Source of the DNA: Cystobasidiomycetes sp. EMM_F5
Lineage: Eukaryota
Direction: 5' to 3'
Assembly (NCBI GenBank): GCA_051047955.1
Contig: JBPGPT010000007.1
Span: 558,001 to 622,000, forward strand
Length of the DNA: 64,000 nucleotides
Shown one piece after another: positions 11,591 to 24,466 of the stretch (its first letter is position 1; every line of letters starts with the position of its first letter). The translations under genes and the position numbers were made by a program. The notes under the pieces are model-generated. The model saw nothing but the letters and a program-made list of their open reading frames with translations. It did not search any database and was not told the origin of the DNA.

Positions 11591-12045
11591 GGCAACGGAC
11601 GGAGCTGAGATGGCGCTGAGATAACGCTGGCATACGACTGAGAGAGAGCTGAAACGTGGCTGACAGGGAGCTGAATGAGAGACGCCTTACCCACTGCAGG
11701 CGACCAAGCAGACATCGGATACCGGAGAGCGCCTTCGAGCTGGATCGTTGGAGGCTTTCGCGGCTGTCCGACAAAAGCGAAGCGGAACGGTATTAGAATT
11801 CCGGAGTGCAGAACCTCGAGCCCAACGTAAGCTGAGTAAGCTGCGTCCAGCGTGCAGGAGCCTATGTCGGCGCTGGGTGTCACCTCGGTAGTCCTTGTCG
11901 GACAAGATGCACGAGCTGCTTCTGCGGTAAGGTAGTCGAGCGCGGTCGCCCTCTCTTTGCTCTGCTGTCAAAGCACTTTCAGCTCAACTCAGCTCCCTCA
12001 GCCGTTGCTCCAATCTCCTCACTTTCAAGCTTTCCACAAAGCACG

Positions 12046-12506
12046 ATGAACCCAGCCGACACCACTTTGGCAAACATTCTGCTCGCAGTGTTGGCGCGCA
12101 TCGACGCGCTGGACGGCGCGATGCAGGCGCAGGCTGCACAGCTGCAGCTGTTAATCGACCAGCAGCGTGAGTCGGCGTTTTGTGCTAAGCGTCCGACGTC
12201 GACGGTGGCTGACTGCCGGACATCTCGTCAGAGACTGGCCCAGCCGGAGCACTGGCTGTGACCAACGCAGAGCCAGCCAATAGCGGATGGGATGATGCTC
12301 CAGCTGTGACCAATGCAGAGCCGGCCAACAACGGAGGTGATGACGCTCCAGCTTCGACAAGCGCAGAGCCAGCCAACAGCGGATGGGAGGATGCCCCAGC
12401 TTCGACCAGCGCAATGCCAGCCAACAGCGGATGGGAACAGGCTCCAGCCGGACCAAGTGGAGGCAGCAGTGAGGGAGCAGGATGGGTTCCGTTCAAGCGC
12501 TATTGA
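12046..12506 (+). CDS. 131-aa protein: N-terminal coiled coil + acidic GW repeats
   Basis: Exons 12046-12166 and 12232-12506 join in frame across a 65-nt intron (GTGAGT, GCTGAC branch point, CAG). Motifs SGWDD, SGWED, SGWEQ and AGW. Confidence 0.8.
12255..12446 (+). repeat. 4 x 48-bp coding tandem repeat (unit ~AVTNAEPANSGWDDAP)
   Basis: Units start at 12255, 12303, 12351 and 12399; many differences between units are synonymous in the + frame. Confidence 0.92.
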
Positions 12507-13408
12507 CGGGCACAGATGGTGCTAAGCCCTAGGTGCGGTGGTCAGAATGTCGGACAGTCCAGCAGTTTCAGACGACAGGGTGACTCTTCAGCTCGCTGTT
12601 GATGTATCGGGAATGTCGATTCGAAGTAGTCTGTCCAGGCTTAGCAGGATGCCCTGGCGGTCCACTCATCTTTTGATTCTCTGCTCCAGAGATCATCCTT
12701 TTGCACCGTATGAGGCCTATACTATGAGCAGACTGTCCTCTCCATATACCTTTATGAGCTTTCCATGTAAATCGCAACTTGGTTGCAAGATATCTTTCTT
12801 CCTCCTGATCCCGGGCCGCCAAGCTGAGAAGACCACTCCCAAAAATACAAGGATGATGGTTGCTGAGCTTCGTTAGCAAGCCTTGCACGGACTCTATCAC
12901 CTGTGCTTGACCAACTATGCGATATTGCCTCCTACAACACTACGACAATCTACAGCTTGAATGAAGACGCAGAACCTGACGGCAGACCAGCCGACTGCGG
13001 TGGTACATTCTCCTTGCGCTTCTTTCCAGTTAGCGCACTCTTTGCCGCCTTGCCTTTTCCTACGACTGTGACTCCTCGCTTGCCAATGAGGCTGTTCATC
13101 GTCTTCTTTGTGGCGCTTCTCCCAAAAAATACGTGACAGCTACAAACCACGTGCCAAACGTCGTCCGCACGTCAACGACGGGTACAGACCGCGGTGAACC
13201 GCTTGCCGCAGCTCGTCTTTCTTCCAAATCATTTAATAATTAACACGACCACAACATGGACAGCTGCAGATCTAGATGAGAACGCTAACTTCTCTGAACA
13301 CTTCTCTTCAGCCCACTGTGCAAACACTGTACCTGCACACCGTTCCTTGTGGTGACGCATCCCGCGACTATCGCCAACCCAACTTCCTGCTAATCACCAG
13401 TTTCAAGC

Positions 13409-15483
13409 ATGACCAACCTGAATGGCTTCTCTATCTTTGGCGGCATTGTCTTCCTGGTCGTCAGTACGTGGGCACGTGCATGTTTCGTGCCAAGATACTG
13501 AGATATTGCAGTCTTTCTGGTCATACATCCCATATCTTTCCGTTTGCCATTGTCGTGGTCTAATGGACTCGTTGGGCTCCTCGTGAAACTTCGCCTGATA
13601 GATCCCCGTAAAGACGCCCAGGCAGCGGTACCCTTAGAGCCCATCTCGGAAAACGCTAGCAGAGACAAGCTAGTGGAACAAGCCATCTCAACCAGGAAAT
13701 CAGTCACTGGCAAACGACTTCGGATTACAATAAATTTGTCATCTGCGCCTCTTCTTGGGGTACTACTCCTATTGATAACCACCACTATCGGTGGAGAGGA
13801 AATAGCAAAAGGTATAGCTGGCGAAGGAGGCTCCAAACCATACGACGTACTCGTGCTGTTTATATCGCTGGCGTATATAGCGACGTCACTAGACGCGACG
13901 GGCGGGTTGCGTTACCTCGCTTTCCGAGTCGCGCTACGGGCAGGCAGTGGCACGCAGCTGTATTCTTATCTGTATCTTTTCTTCTTCGCCTCCGGTGCTA
14001 TCATTGGCAACGACCCAATCATTCTGTCTGGTACACCTTTCCTGGCGTACCTCACCCGTGTTAGCGGAATCACGCCGCCAACAGCCTGGATATATGCTCA
14101 ATTTCTAGCAGCGAATGTTTCTTCTGCTGTTTTGGTCTCCTCTGTAAGTAATCCTGCGTGATCTCCGACTACCAAAGCTACATGGGGCTAACTGTACGGA
14201 CAGAATCCGACGAACGTATTGATATCGGGGGTAAGGAGCTTTCAGCCTATGGATAGCGCCTTGGGGAGTCTGACATCGTACCTTGCCGTCACCGCAGGCA
14301 TTTGGTCTGAATTTCCTTAGCGAATTCACAAAGTACACCGTCCTACCTTCCTTTGCTACGGGCATAATTATCTTCCCCGTCCTTCTACTTGCTTTCAGAA
14401 ATAACGCGGTCATACACTCTATACATCCCAACGCAGAAAGCCCTTTGATCCCACACAAATTCGTAAAGCCCGATGTGAAACCCAAAGAGGCATTGATCGA
14501 CCCGTCTGGAGCCATTTTTCACACATGCCTCCTGTTGACTACATTGGCAGTATTGGTTGGCACTTCGTTCCTAAAGGGCGTAGAAGTATGGATGATAACT
14601 GCGCCAGCTGGAATTGTGGGGCTACTCAGAGACATTGCTTATGATGTGTCGATGAGGAGGCAACACAGCAAAGATCGCAAAAGCCCTTCACCACCGCCAG
14701 GGCGCGACGATGCGCAGAGCAGATCGGATAAACATACAGGATCAAGAAAAACACTACCTTCCGTATGGAGGAACGCCAAAACGCGATTCCCGACTACTTG
14801 CGTCACTCTTTCCAGACTGCCATGGCCGCTGCTTCCCTTCGCCATCGGCATGTTTATTTTGGTACGCTCGCTGGACCGCCTTGGATATATATCGATATTC
14901 GCAGGCTGGACTGCGAAAGCTTGCACCAGTCCCGCAAGCGCCATTTTCTTCGTGGGAGGAGTCGTAGCATTCGGTCTATGTCCACTGTGCGGAACGGTAA
15001 GATTTGTCAAGGCATATATATACGGAAGCAGCTGATCGTAAGAGGTGGCATGGTTCAGAATATTGGCGCGACCATTCTCGCTGTAGAAATTCTAGCAAAT
15101 GAAAATTTTGCGAATGCTCCGCAGGTGCAAGCAGATCCTCGCATTTTGAAGGGCGCAATCTACGCAGGTAAGAGTAGCGTCAAGTATATCCAGCACCGTG
15201 CAGGGCTAAGACTGTACCGCAGTCGCGATTGCAAGCAATACTGGCGCACTTGTAACGCTTCCATCCTCCTTGGCGGGCTTACTGTGGAGTCGGATATTAT
15301 CGCAGAAGGGTGCGTTGTATCAGTGCTTGCACCCATCCACTCGTTCGTACTGATGTAGGGTACTTTGCAGGCATTCGCATTACGCAACTGAACTTTTCCG
15401 CTATCAATTTGATACCTGCATGCATTGTTACCTTCGCAGCTCTAGGTATCGTGCTGATCGAAGTATTGTATTGGACATCGTAA
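13409..15483 (+). CDS. ArsB/NhaD-superfamily (arsenite/anion) permease
   Basis: Multi-exon, many TM segments; PYDVLVLFISLAYIATSLDATG, GNDPIILSGTPFLAY, LVSSNPTN and LPWPLLPFAIGMFILV. Confidence 0.82.
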
Positions 15484-15718
15484 AATTTGCGCTGTTCAGC
15501 TTCACACGCGGCCTCGCAAGCCGATCGCCGACTCGGCGTACAACACTGGCATCATCGTCTTGAGCAGACATATTGTGCGCCGATATCAAGCCGTATCGGG
15601 AGACGCTAAGAGGTCAAGAATACTTCTGACGAGCGTTGTCACTAGCGCCTCATGTGTTCTAGCTTCCGGACCCAGCTGAGACTTGTCCTGAGGGATTCGT
15701 GCGTCAGACATCATCATA

Positions 15719-18700
15719 TCAATCACGCCAAGAGAAATGACCAACAAGGCTGAAATCATCGAATTGGCTCGCGATCACTCCAAAAGCCCCCTGACCATCT
15801 GCGCGCAGGTTTGCCACCTCTTGATAGGATTGAAAAGGCAAAAACCTTGTCGTCGCTGCCCGCGGAGCCTCACAATCTATCTGCGGTCGACTGGACGAAT
15901 GATGACTCTGTTGCGCTGATCCCTCATTTAGAAAATGGCTAATATGCCGCCAAAGTAGGAGGAGAGACAGCTCCGCGAGGTCTGTAAAGAAATACGTGCG
16001 GTAAGCATAAGCGACACAGTGCAACAACATATGCGCACGAATCGATGACAAAGCACGATGCCGTAAAACCTTCCCGATATTCCGCAACGTGGTCAGAACG
16101 CCTATGCGCCTTGCGTATTCATCAGATACCTCGTCTTCGGCATCCTCAAACATGTCATACTGCGAAAAGTGCTCAGCTACACTCTGCTAATTCACCAGCA
16201 GAGGCGACTCACCAAGTCGAGATCGGCAAGACTGGTGTCATCGAAATTAGAGATGCGGAAGTTCACCTCGGACAGCTGCTGGATTCTTGCGCTCATCGTG
16301 CTTGTGGTGTCCGACAAGAACACCATGGCACTGCGCAGATTGGGCAACGGTGCGATAGGTCGACTAGTCGGTGAATCGTCCAATCTCAGGCTCGGTAGCC
16401 AGACAGGTTGGAAGACCGAAGATCCTGAAAGGACGATAAACATGGTATAATATTGAGCTTTGCGGGAAATAATCTCACCGCTTTGCTTTGTAACATCACG
16501 CATGTATTCCAACGTGCACATCTGCAAGCTTTCAACAAACTCTGTCAATCGTTGTCGGAAGACAGTAGTCGGATGATTCGCATCTGCCGGCAGGCTCTTC
16601 AGATAAGGCGTACGATAGCTACGAAGCTCATCACTCACCTGGTCTGATAAGTTGAGTCTCTGCCAGTTCCTCCGCGTTTGAAGGTTGAACAGATTCCAAC
16701 CAGTCTTGTTCCGCCATGACGACCGACGACAGGCTCAGTAGAGCCGAGTGTAGACCGCCGAAGCCCGTGGGAGAGTACTGAGATACGCTAATAAGTTATC
16801 ATCGGAGCGAGCATGCAAAAGACACCTACTAGTTCTTCCTGTGAAACTACACTTAGACTCGTCCGCATGAGCTGGGTAATTAACCGCGCTTCCTGAAGCA
16901 TTTGCAAAGTGGGTGTAGCAGCAGTGGTAAAGAGAATCCCACGGAGAGCGTCTCGTTGCGCCAGAAGGAGAGCCAGGATCTGTGTCGTGGCAGAATTCAG
17001 TACAAAAAGCAGCTTCATGACCAAAGCACCTTACCTGCCGAGCTGCAGTTGAAGCGGTGGATCCACATCTCATCGCGACGGCCGCTGCGAGCTGTAAGGC
17101 GGGTAACAATATTTGATGCGACCGCTGAAGTAAGGGCGGCACGAACGCATCGTACTCTGTTGAAACATCAGTCGCAGAGCCTGGAGACGGGACTACATAC
17201 GCAGCTCACCCATGGCGTCCGCTAGTCACACAACGCTCAAATTTCAGCGATGGGCTGCGCCTCATACTACGTCGACTTACTGCGGGCGTAGGCATCGATA
17301 TCAAAGAAGGAACAGTGGGAAAGGCATATCAGGACGCGGGCGTCCAGTAATCTTTCCGCGCCCTCCTTGGTCGCTGCCAATCTCGTCAAGAAAGCCACCT
17401 TAGCTTCGTAGACATACAGAGCATTTAGCGACTCTGAAAAATAATCAGCTTTTAGCATGCGGGTCCACAGATTGCTTCTCACCTGGGTCCGGCATCAGAG
17501 TACTGAGCAACTGAGCTTCGTTGTCCCGGATACTTTGTACGAAAGCGTGCACATAGCCTTGTTTGCTTAGTACAGACGCGAAACGGCTTCCACTCATGCC
17601 CCTTCCAGCAAGCCGGCACAGGCCATCCAGTACAGTGTAAGCAACGGTCTGCCATACTTCCGGCCCAGAGCTGGCGTCTAGACACACAACCGGGAGTAAG
17701 CGCTCCAGAGAAGACTGGAGGAAAGCTAGCATGCCAGCCGCAAACGGGCTTTTTGATGTCGCAGGCAAGGAGCTGCCCACAGTCGATGACCCGTCTCCTG
17801 TCAAGCCGCCATCCAGATTCGCCTGAGGAAACTCAGACAGAGACAGCTCCGGACCATCATGGGCCATCACACTTGAAGACACCGCAAGTGGGCTGGAGCT
17901 CAAGTGCAGAAATTGGAGCAGAATCGCGTAGAGGTTGCCACGGACAGATGATGTCAAGCCGGGTCTGATGATCGCTCGGACCACATTGTGCAGCACCGGC
18001 AATAGACGCTCAGGAGCTAAGCCTGCCCCACTCGGAATCTTGCCTGCTTGCTGACGTAGATTGGCTTGCCGCAACTGTCCCATCACGAGCAGTGCTGCAC
18101 CTGTAAGTATATCGTAGATCGTGCTGTCTAGATCTTCGCCCGTGCGGTTTGGGAGTAGGAGATCCAGAAGGTCAAGGAAGAGAGAGCTGGAATCGCCGGC
18201 AGGCAGTAGACTAGATGCCCGTGTTAGCGTGATATCCAGCATTATCCGCCACGCCTTTAGGGCGTTCGTGCGTGCGTATTCAACTTCTCTTCTGTTGTTC
18301 TCTATGACCAGATTCTCCAGTATAGCCCTCTCTTGGTCGTCAATGTCTTCTTGGCGCTGTTGACTGTTGTGGCTGTTATACAACTCCCGAGCTGAGCCGA
18401 GAAGAATGCGCACAGCAGTAATATCATATACTTCGCATCCGCTCGATACTTCGCGTAGACAAACGTGAAATGGTATTTCGCTGAAGGGCTGGGTGATTGA
18501 TGTAGAGTTGATAGTGATACTGTCTTTCCAGCTGAAATCGAGAGCCGTAAATATTTCGATCATGCGTGGTAGGCCCTGCTCTGTAGAACCCCCGAATTTG
18601 TGGAGATCGGGGTCTACGTTATCGCTCGTTGTGCCGTATAAAGATGCCAGCAAACGCAGGGCTTGATCAGGAAGATCTTTGTCGGCTAGATTACTCAGCT

Positions 18701-21700
18701 CCAGAGCCAGTGTCTCCAAGATCCAGGCAGAGGCTTGCAGAGTCGCGACAACATCTCCTACAGCAGCATGTGCTAGACTGCCGTCGGCATACGTCACGGT
18801 GCCCATTACATCACCGGAGCTCGATGGAATGGGTAAAGGCAGAACTGCAGACTGCCGCAGGAACTGCTGCCGAGATCTCATATATGTGTTCATGGCTTGA
18901 GAGGTGTATTCGTGCATGCATAATTGCCTGACGAGGCGATAAAGCTTCTCTCCAAGCAATGGCGATTCGGACAAGATGTTTGGAAGAGCTTGATCAGCCT
19001 CGGCGCCGACTGTATCATCATATATACGTTCCAAGTAGTCCAGAACTACGTTTAAGCAGCTGACAGGCTGATTCGTAGAGTTATTAGCATGGACAATTTG
19101 TAGGTCGTCCATTCTGACGCCAAGCTTGAAACCTAAGAGAAAGTGGGCAACGTTGGGAGCTTCGCGGCCAGGTTGAGTATTGATGAGGAGCAGATCCATG
19201 ATTGAGAGTTTTATGACTGTATCAATCCCGCTGGCAGTCTGAGGGGTGGCCGAGGCATCGTCTTCGGTAAAGACGCTATCGTCAAATGCGGGATCGCCAG
19301 CCAGCCTGTCTACGAATCCCTTCAAAATAAGAGCACCTTCGTTGCTAGCATCAATCAATCCCGCCAGCCGGTTGATCTTTGTTTTGTAAACATCCTTGAA
19401 GATGTCCGTAGTATTGAAGGAAGTTGAATTGGAAAGGTACGACATTATGCGTACCACTGTCAGCCCAATAGCCTTTGAGCGCGTACTGTTCACCAGTACA
19501 GCTATATCCGCAATAGCTGGGGAGTTATATAGCATGTGCAGGTCGAGCGGCTTGATTTGGCGAAGGACGTGCCGCTGAGCGCTACTCAATGATTGTGCAT
19601 TCTCCCTGGAGCGTGATAGATGTCAAATCAGCGTGACTCGGCGAGATTCGAGGGTCTACATACTCCAATATCGGTAAGATGACTTCCAAGAATAGTTCCT
19701 GCATCGCGAAGGTTCGCTCGAGTATTCGCAAGGCTCGCAATACGAGGTGTATCCAACTAGACGTTGAGGAAGAGGCATCTAGCTCTGCAAGGCTACAGCT
19801 CGATAAGCGAATAATTTCCTGGAGTAGAGGTGATCCAGACAGTAAGCGTGTGATGATGTCATATCCGGGATGTATCGTCAGTATAGATATACTGTGCCCA
19901 TGACTCTGATTGTCTCCGTCGTAAGGACGTGGTACATACGCCTCTAGATGTAGGCCAGCGAGCGCACGTTCTACATACGCGAGACACCGCTCCATGACGC
20001 TCCACCGTTCCGCCGGCTGCTCATAATCGCGGGAGACAGCTCTCAAGAGGACTGTGTCTATAACATACACAGTATATGATTCGACACCGCGACTTGCCGC
20101 CCGTTGAGGCGCTCCAAGGTCAGGAGGGATGTATTTCTGAGCAGATTCGAGTTGCTGAAGGCGGCGAGATGCAGCGTTTATAGAGACATCATGATTGAGA
20201 CCAGTTGTGCCACCAATCATCGCGGTCAATAGCGAGACCAATGCGGTAGTACCACCATAAGACCGGTTGCGGGGCTCGACCATCTCTAATTCAACACTAA
20301 GGGGCATAGGCGCAGTTGGTGCATTGGAAGTATTGCTGCCAGGCGAGCGAGTCGCAATCAGCTGATTATCTTCTACCAACGTCCACAATTGCCTGAGTGC
20401 TGCCGTTCCCGCTGGGCCTGGTAAAGCATCTTGCGTGTAAGTCACAATCGCTAGCGCTCGAAGGGTGTCGAGCAGTGCAGCCTTTAGTTCCAGATAAGTA
20501 GGATTGACAATGAAGCGGAACATGATTGTCATCACGCTGCGTTCTCCGTTGAAGTATGCCCTGGCTGCTGGGGAGTGAGTTGCTGTATTGCGTACCAATC
20601 GAAGAAAGGCTTTCAGTGCTGCCAATTGTTCTCGAACTTCGGTTGCGTCTTGCTGTGATCTCAAATTCGATAATTCGTTGGCAGAGCTTTCAAACGCAAA
20701 GAACAGATCGAGCCAAGATTGACTGAATAAGGACCGGCTCGCAGTTTGACCATCGCTGAATTTGGTGAAGGCGATGAATGCTTCCCCTGCGCACAAATCT
20801 CCGGTGGCCATCGTTGCGAGCATGTCAAACAAGCTACGCAGCCGATCGTCATGGCTGGTTGCAGCCCACCGGAGGAAGGATAACAGGCTGCTGTTGGGCT
20901 CCCAAAACTTGAGCGTACTGTTCGCTCGGTCTTTGTATAGTAGGGTGATGAAGTTGAAAAGAGCTTCGACGGTACTAGGGTGGGGTGGAGTCGGGCGCGC
21001 ATCTGTCGAGTTTACACTCAAGCGTCGACTGCGAGAATGAGCGCCGGAGGGTCTTTTTCGCGGATCTTCTTCGACATAACGAACTTCTTTGAGTGGCTTC
21101 ATACAGAAGAAGATGATAGCTTCGACAAAAGCGTCAAGTTCGCGCACTACCGAGTCCTCAAAGCTTGCTTCGACAGTTGCCATTTGTGACTGCGAGCTAA
21201 TCTGCGAGCCTGCAGTCCAGCAAATATCTTCCAAGTGGTTCGCCGGCTTCTTGAAGTACAATAGACCGTTTGTACACAAGTCGAAAGCCGAGTACATTGA
21301 ATCTTTGAGAATCTCTTCCACCCGTACGTCGCGAATCGTGTGTGAGAAACCTCCATTCATCTGGCAAAGAAACAGGCACCAGGCTACCTTTGCAAGCGGT
21401 TGCAAGGGTGAGAGTTTCCAATTGGCGCCTGTCATCACGAATGATCCAGCATCACGAAGCATGTCGGAGCTGTGTGCTAATGTGGAATCGCCGCTAAGAA
21501 CCGCCAGCAGAGTAGCCGCGAGGACTGGTGTGACGAGATCCTGAGAGTCCTTTGTAGCGCACTTTGTGATGAATGCATACGAGTCTTTTGCAGAGAACAG
21601 CCCGCCTGCGGCAGCTACTCCATATAAGATGTTTGCCAATAGCCGCCGTTCCTGGGTATGCGCCTCCCGCTGCTGGGCGCACAGTTCATCACTGAATCGT

Positions 21701-22485
21701 GCTGAAATTGTTCCGCTGGGACCACTTTGCGTATTGACATTGTTGGGGGCATTGCTGCCAGGAATCGATTTTGCTACAGTATCCTGCCTGTCTATTTCGT
21801 CCAATAAAATTCGGATCCACGTTCGTGATTGCCCATCGGTCCATGTCACAAGGTCGCTGGCATAAGTACGAAGCATGTCTTGAACGCTCGTTTCCAAGGC
21901 TTCAGTGTATTCCGGATCACTCAGATATGCGAATAAAAGTTGCAGGCAGACTAGCCAGTCGCGTCGCTCGCCATAGTATAGGTATATGACATTGTCGTCT
22001 TGCGGACGATCTGCCAATGGTCTTCTGCCGCCGAGAACGAGAGCTATCAAGCTGGCTGCATATCGTTCGGAAACATTCAATTGTCCCTGCAGTAACCACA
22101 TCAATGTCCGCGTTCCGGGATGGAAGATTTCGGTCGACGTGTGCTCACAGAGACGTTGGCGACTTCTTGCTTGAAGTGGTCGATGCTTCCAGTGATATTC
22201 CACCGGCTTGACGTGCCGTACGGTGTCAACCATCCTGTAACAAATCGAACAACAACGGTCAATGTTACTTCATCTGCTGTGGTAGCCAACTACTGTACCC
22301 TTGTCCAAGTCTGCAGAACTACCGGCCTCGCCAGGCTTTGGCAATTGCAGCGGCGCTCGAAAAGCAGGTCTGCTCCGTTCCAGCTGGGCCTTGAGTGACT
22401 GGACGTCGACATTTCCACTCGGGAGCGCCTCGAGAGTAGCCCGCAACGAGCGAAAGTGCTGCAGACTCAGCTCGCCGGGTGCCAT
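15719..22485 (-). CDS. NUP192: Nucleoporin Nup192/Nup205 family (3' end approximate)
   Basis: ~2000-aa helical protein over ORFs 22270..22485, 19582..22233, 17445..19589 and smaller exons; ELEMVEPRNRSYGGTTALVSLL, PNVAHFLLGF and ALYVYEAKVAFLTRLAATKEGAERLL. Confidence 0.85.
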
Positions 22486-22699
22486 CTCGGTCGGGCGGCA
22501 TGAAGGCTGACTTTGGCATCAATCAAACGATATCCATTATAGATGATCGGATAGCAACGCAGCAGCCTTATGCAGAGGAGCGAAGGCAGCTAAATGGACG
22601 AGAAGACTGACTATATTACTGTCGCTGACTGCGCACAACGTTTGTTCCCAGCTAAATAGGACGGAAACTACCAATCTGACGAAATGCAGCGGAAACGAC

Positions 22700-24167
22700 A
22701 CATCTCCAGCTTGCTTGCTCTTGCTGACTGTGGAAATGTTGCGAAGGAATCCCACACGGTGTTTGGAGGAGATAGTGACCTTGTCACCCTTATAACGTCA
22801 AGAAGGGTGACTTTATTACAATTCCTACTTCGGAACAAAGCCGCATCACGGCTGTCCGGTGACCACTTCAAGCTGAATAGAATGCAGCAACCATATTGGG
22901 TCGGCCACAGAGCTCATCGAGGGGACGAAGCGCCTAGAGTCGGTGCACATCATTGTCAGCCCCCGAATCAGATATAGCAATGAGAAACTTCCGCTCACAT
23001 CGGATGAGGTTTGCGAAAATGCCGAATTCTCGGCTCGTAGGCGTTCCATTTCAGCGCGTTCGCTTGCAATTAGGGTTTCGAGGCGATTTGACTCTTCTGT
23101 CTGTAGTCGGACCTCGTCATTATCTGCCGTCTGAATTCCAGTGTTTGCGGATATTTGAGGGGACGATACTTTAAGCTGGTACACTTTGCAGACGATGCAC
23201 AAGATCCAGCTAGCTTCCATAGTACGGCTACGTTTGGGGATTGAAGGATGCACTTGCGGAGCTTCTGCACCTCGTCAAACCTACGACGAAATGTAAACCG
23301 CTGTCGCCTTCATAGCCAGACAGGCTTTTAACGATCCACTAACCCATTTAACGCTAGTAGCAATCTTGCAAAGTCTCATTGCGACCCGATTCAGCAATTT
23401 CCATCCCAAAGACGTCTTGTGCATCTGCGATATATGCGACAATAGGTGAGCGGTGGTCAAGTTCTTTATGCGGGGAATTGTCAGCGCTGGCGGCGCAGGA
23501 TGGACAATCAAACTCGCTGAGTATTGCCTGGCCAGCAGCTGCAGCCACAGTCAGGATCAGCATCACTGAGGTATCAGCTGACGTCGAGTGACTTGCCGCT
23601 TCCTCTGCCGTTGCAGGCATTTAAGGCGCTTCTTCCGCGTCCAGTCCACCGGCTCCATCCACTCGAACCAGCAGCTGCCGGCATTGAGCTATCGACAGCA
23701 CGGCCAAACGCTGAGCTTCTACCTCCTTCGCATCTCCCTTCTGTTGCTTCTGGACCGCCAGAGTCGCTGCTTTGGCGACTTTGACGTCCTCTGCCAACTT
23801 CAGGAGCGTCGACGCCGTGCCTTTATGCAGTCATCAGCCGGAGACCAAGGTTGGGGCAGATTCCCACATCTCACTGGGCATACTGGCAGTGATGTCAAGC
23901 GTGATTATGGTACGCAAAGCGGACACAGTGGATGGGTAAGCATTGGTGAATCAGAAGCAATGATCACAGCATCTGCGTGTCGCACTCGCTTACTTGGCGC
24001 CCATTCCAGCGACAATTATTATCAAGAATGATAGGCTGCCATTTTTCCATCCGCCCGGTACGCTTCTTAGATTGAAAAACGTCAGACAATACGTCAATCT
24101 TGCCAGACAAGGATGGAACCAACAGTCTTGCAGGCGAATCAAGCAAAGGATCGTAAGCAAGCGGCAC
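22700..24167 (-). CDS. Hypothetical multi-exon protein with coiled-coil segment (boundaries uncertain)
   Basis: Plausible minus-strand exons (MPLAYDPLLD..., ...IATSVKW/FDEVQKLRK..., LQTEESNRLETLIASERAEMERLRAEN); no family recognised. Confidence 0.45.
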
Positions 24168-24466
24168 ACGAGCCCATCATCACAGTCATGAACGAGCCTA
24201 CCTAACGGTCTCCACCTATGGGAGAACGTTGACCAAGGTCCTTTGTTTGACAAGTATGACAGCAAGATTAGGTTGGTAGTGTCAGCACAATGTCATAGCC
24301 CAGACCTGCATCGGTAGAGCAAGGTAAGTCAAAGTGCAACGCACCGGACGGGGTTCGGTTGGCTTGGAGAGAAGGAAAGAGACGGAGGTCAGGGTTCAAG
24401 GATGAGCGTGAACAGCATTGTCAGGCGATCGGAAATTGTCAGACGTCTTCCATTACTGTTGCTCGC

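Noticed and set aside
12255..12446. CRISPR-like array
   Set aside because: The units are contiguous 48-bp in-frame coding repeats with no unique spacers, in a eukaryotic context with no cas genes.
12151..12496. Minus-strand repeat ORFs (IRCWLALRW; HPLLAGSAL)
   Set aside because: They are antisense readings of the GW repeat; the intron signals and synonymous variation support the + strand.
590..13250. Helitron, KDZ or Starship assignment for the island
   Set aside because: No Rep/PIF1 helicase, DDE/KDZ transposase or tyrosine recombinase motifs were recognised. The helicase is DEAD-box type. The hairpin plus CTGA near 600 is too weak, and no TIR or TSD was seen.
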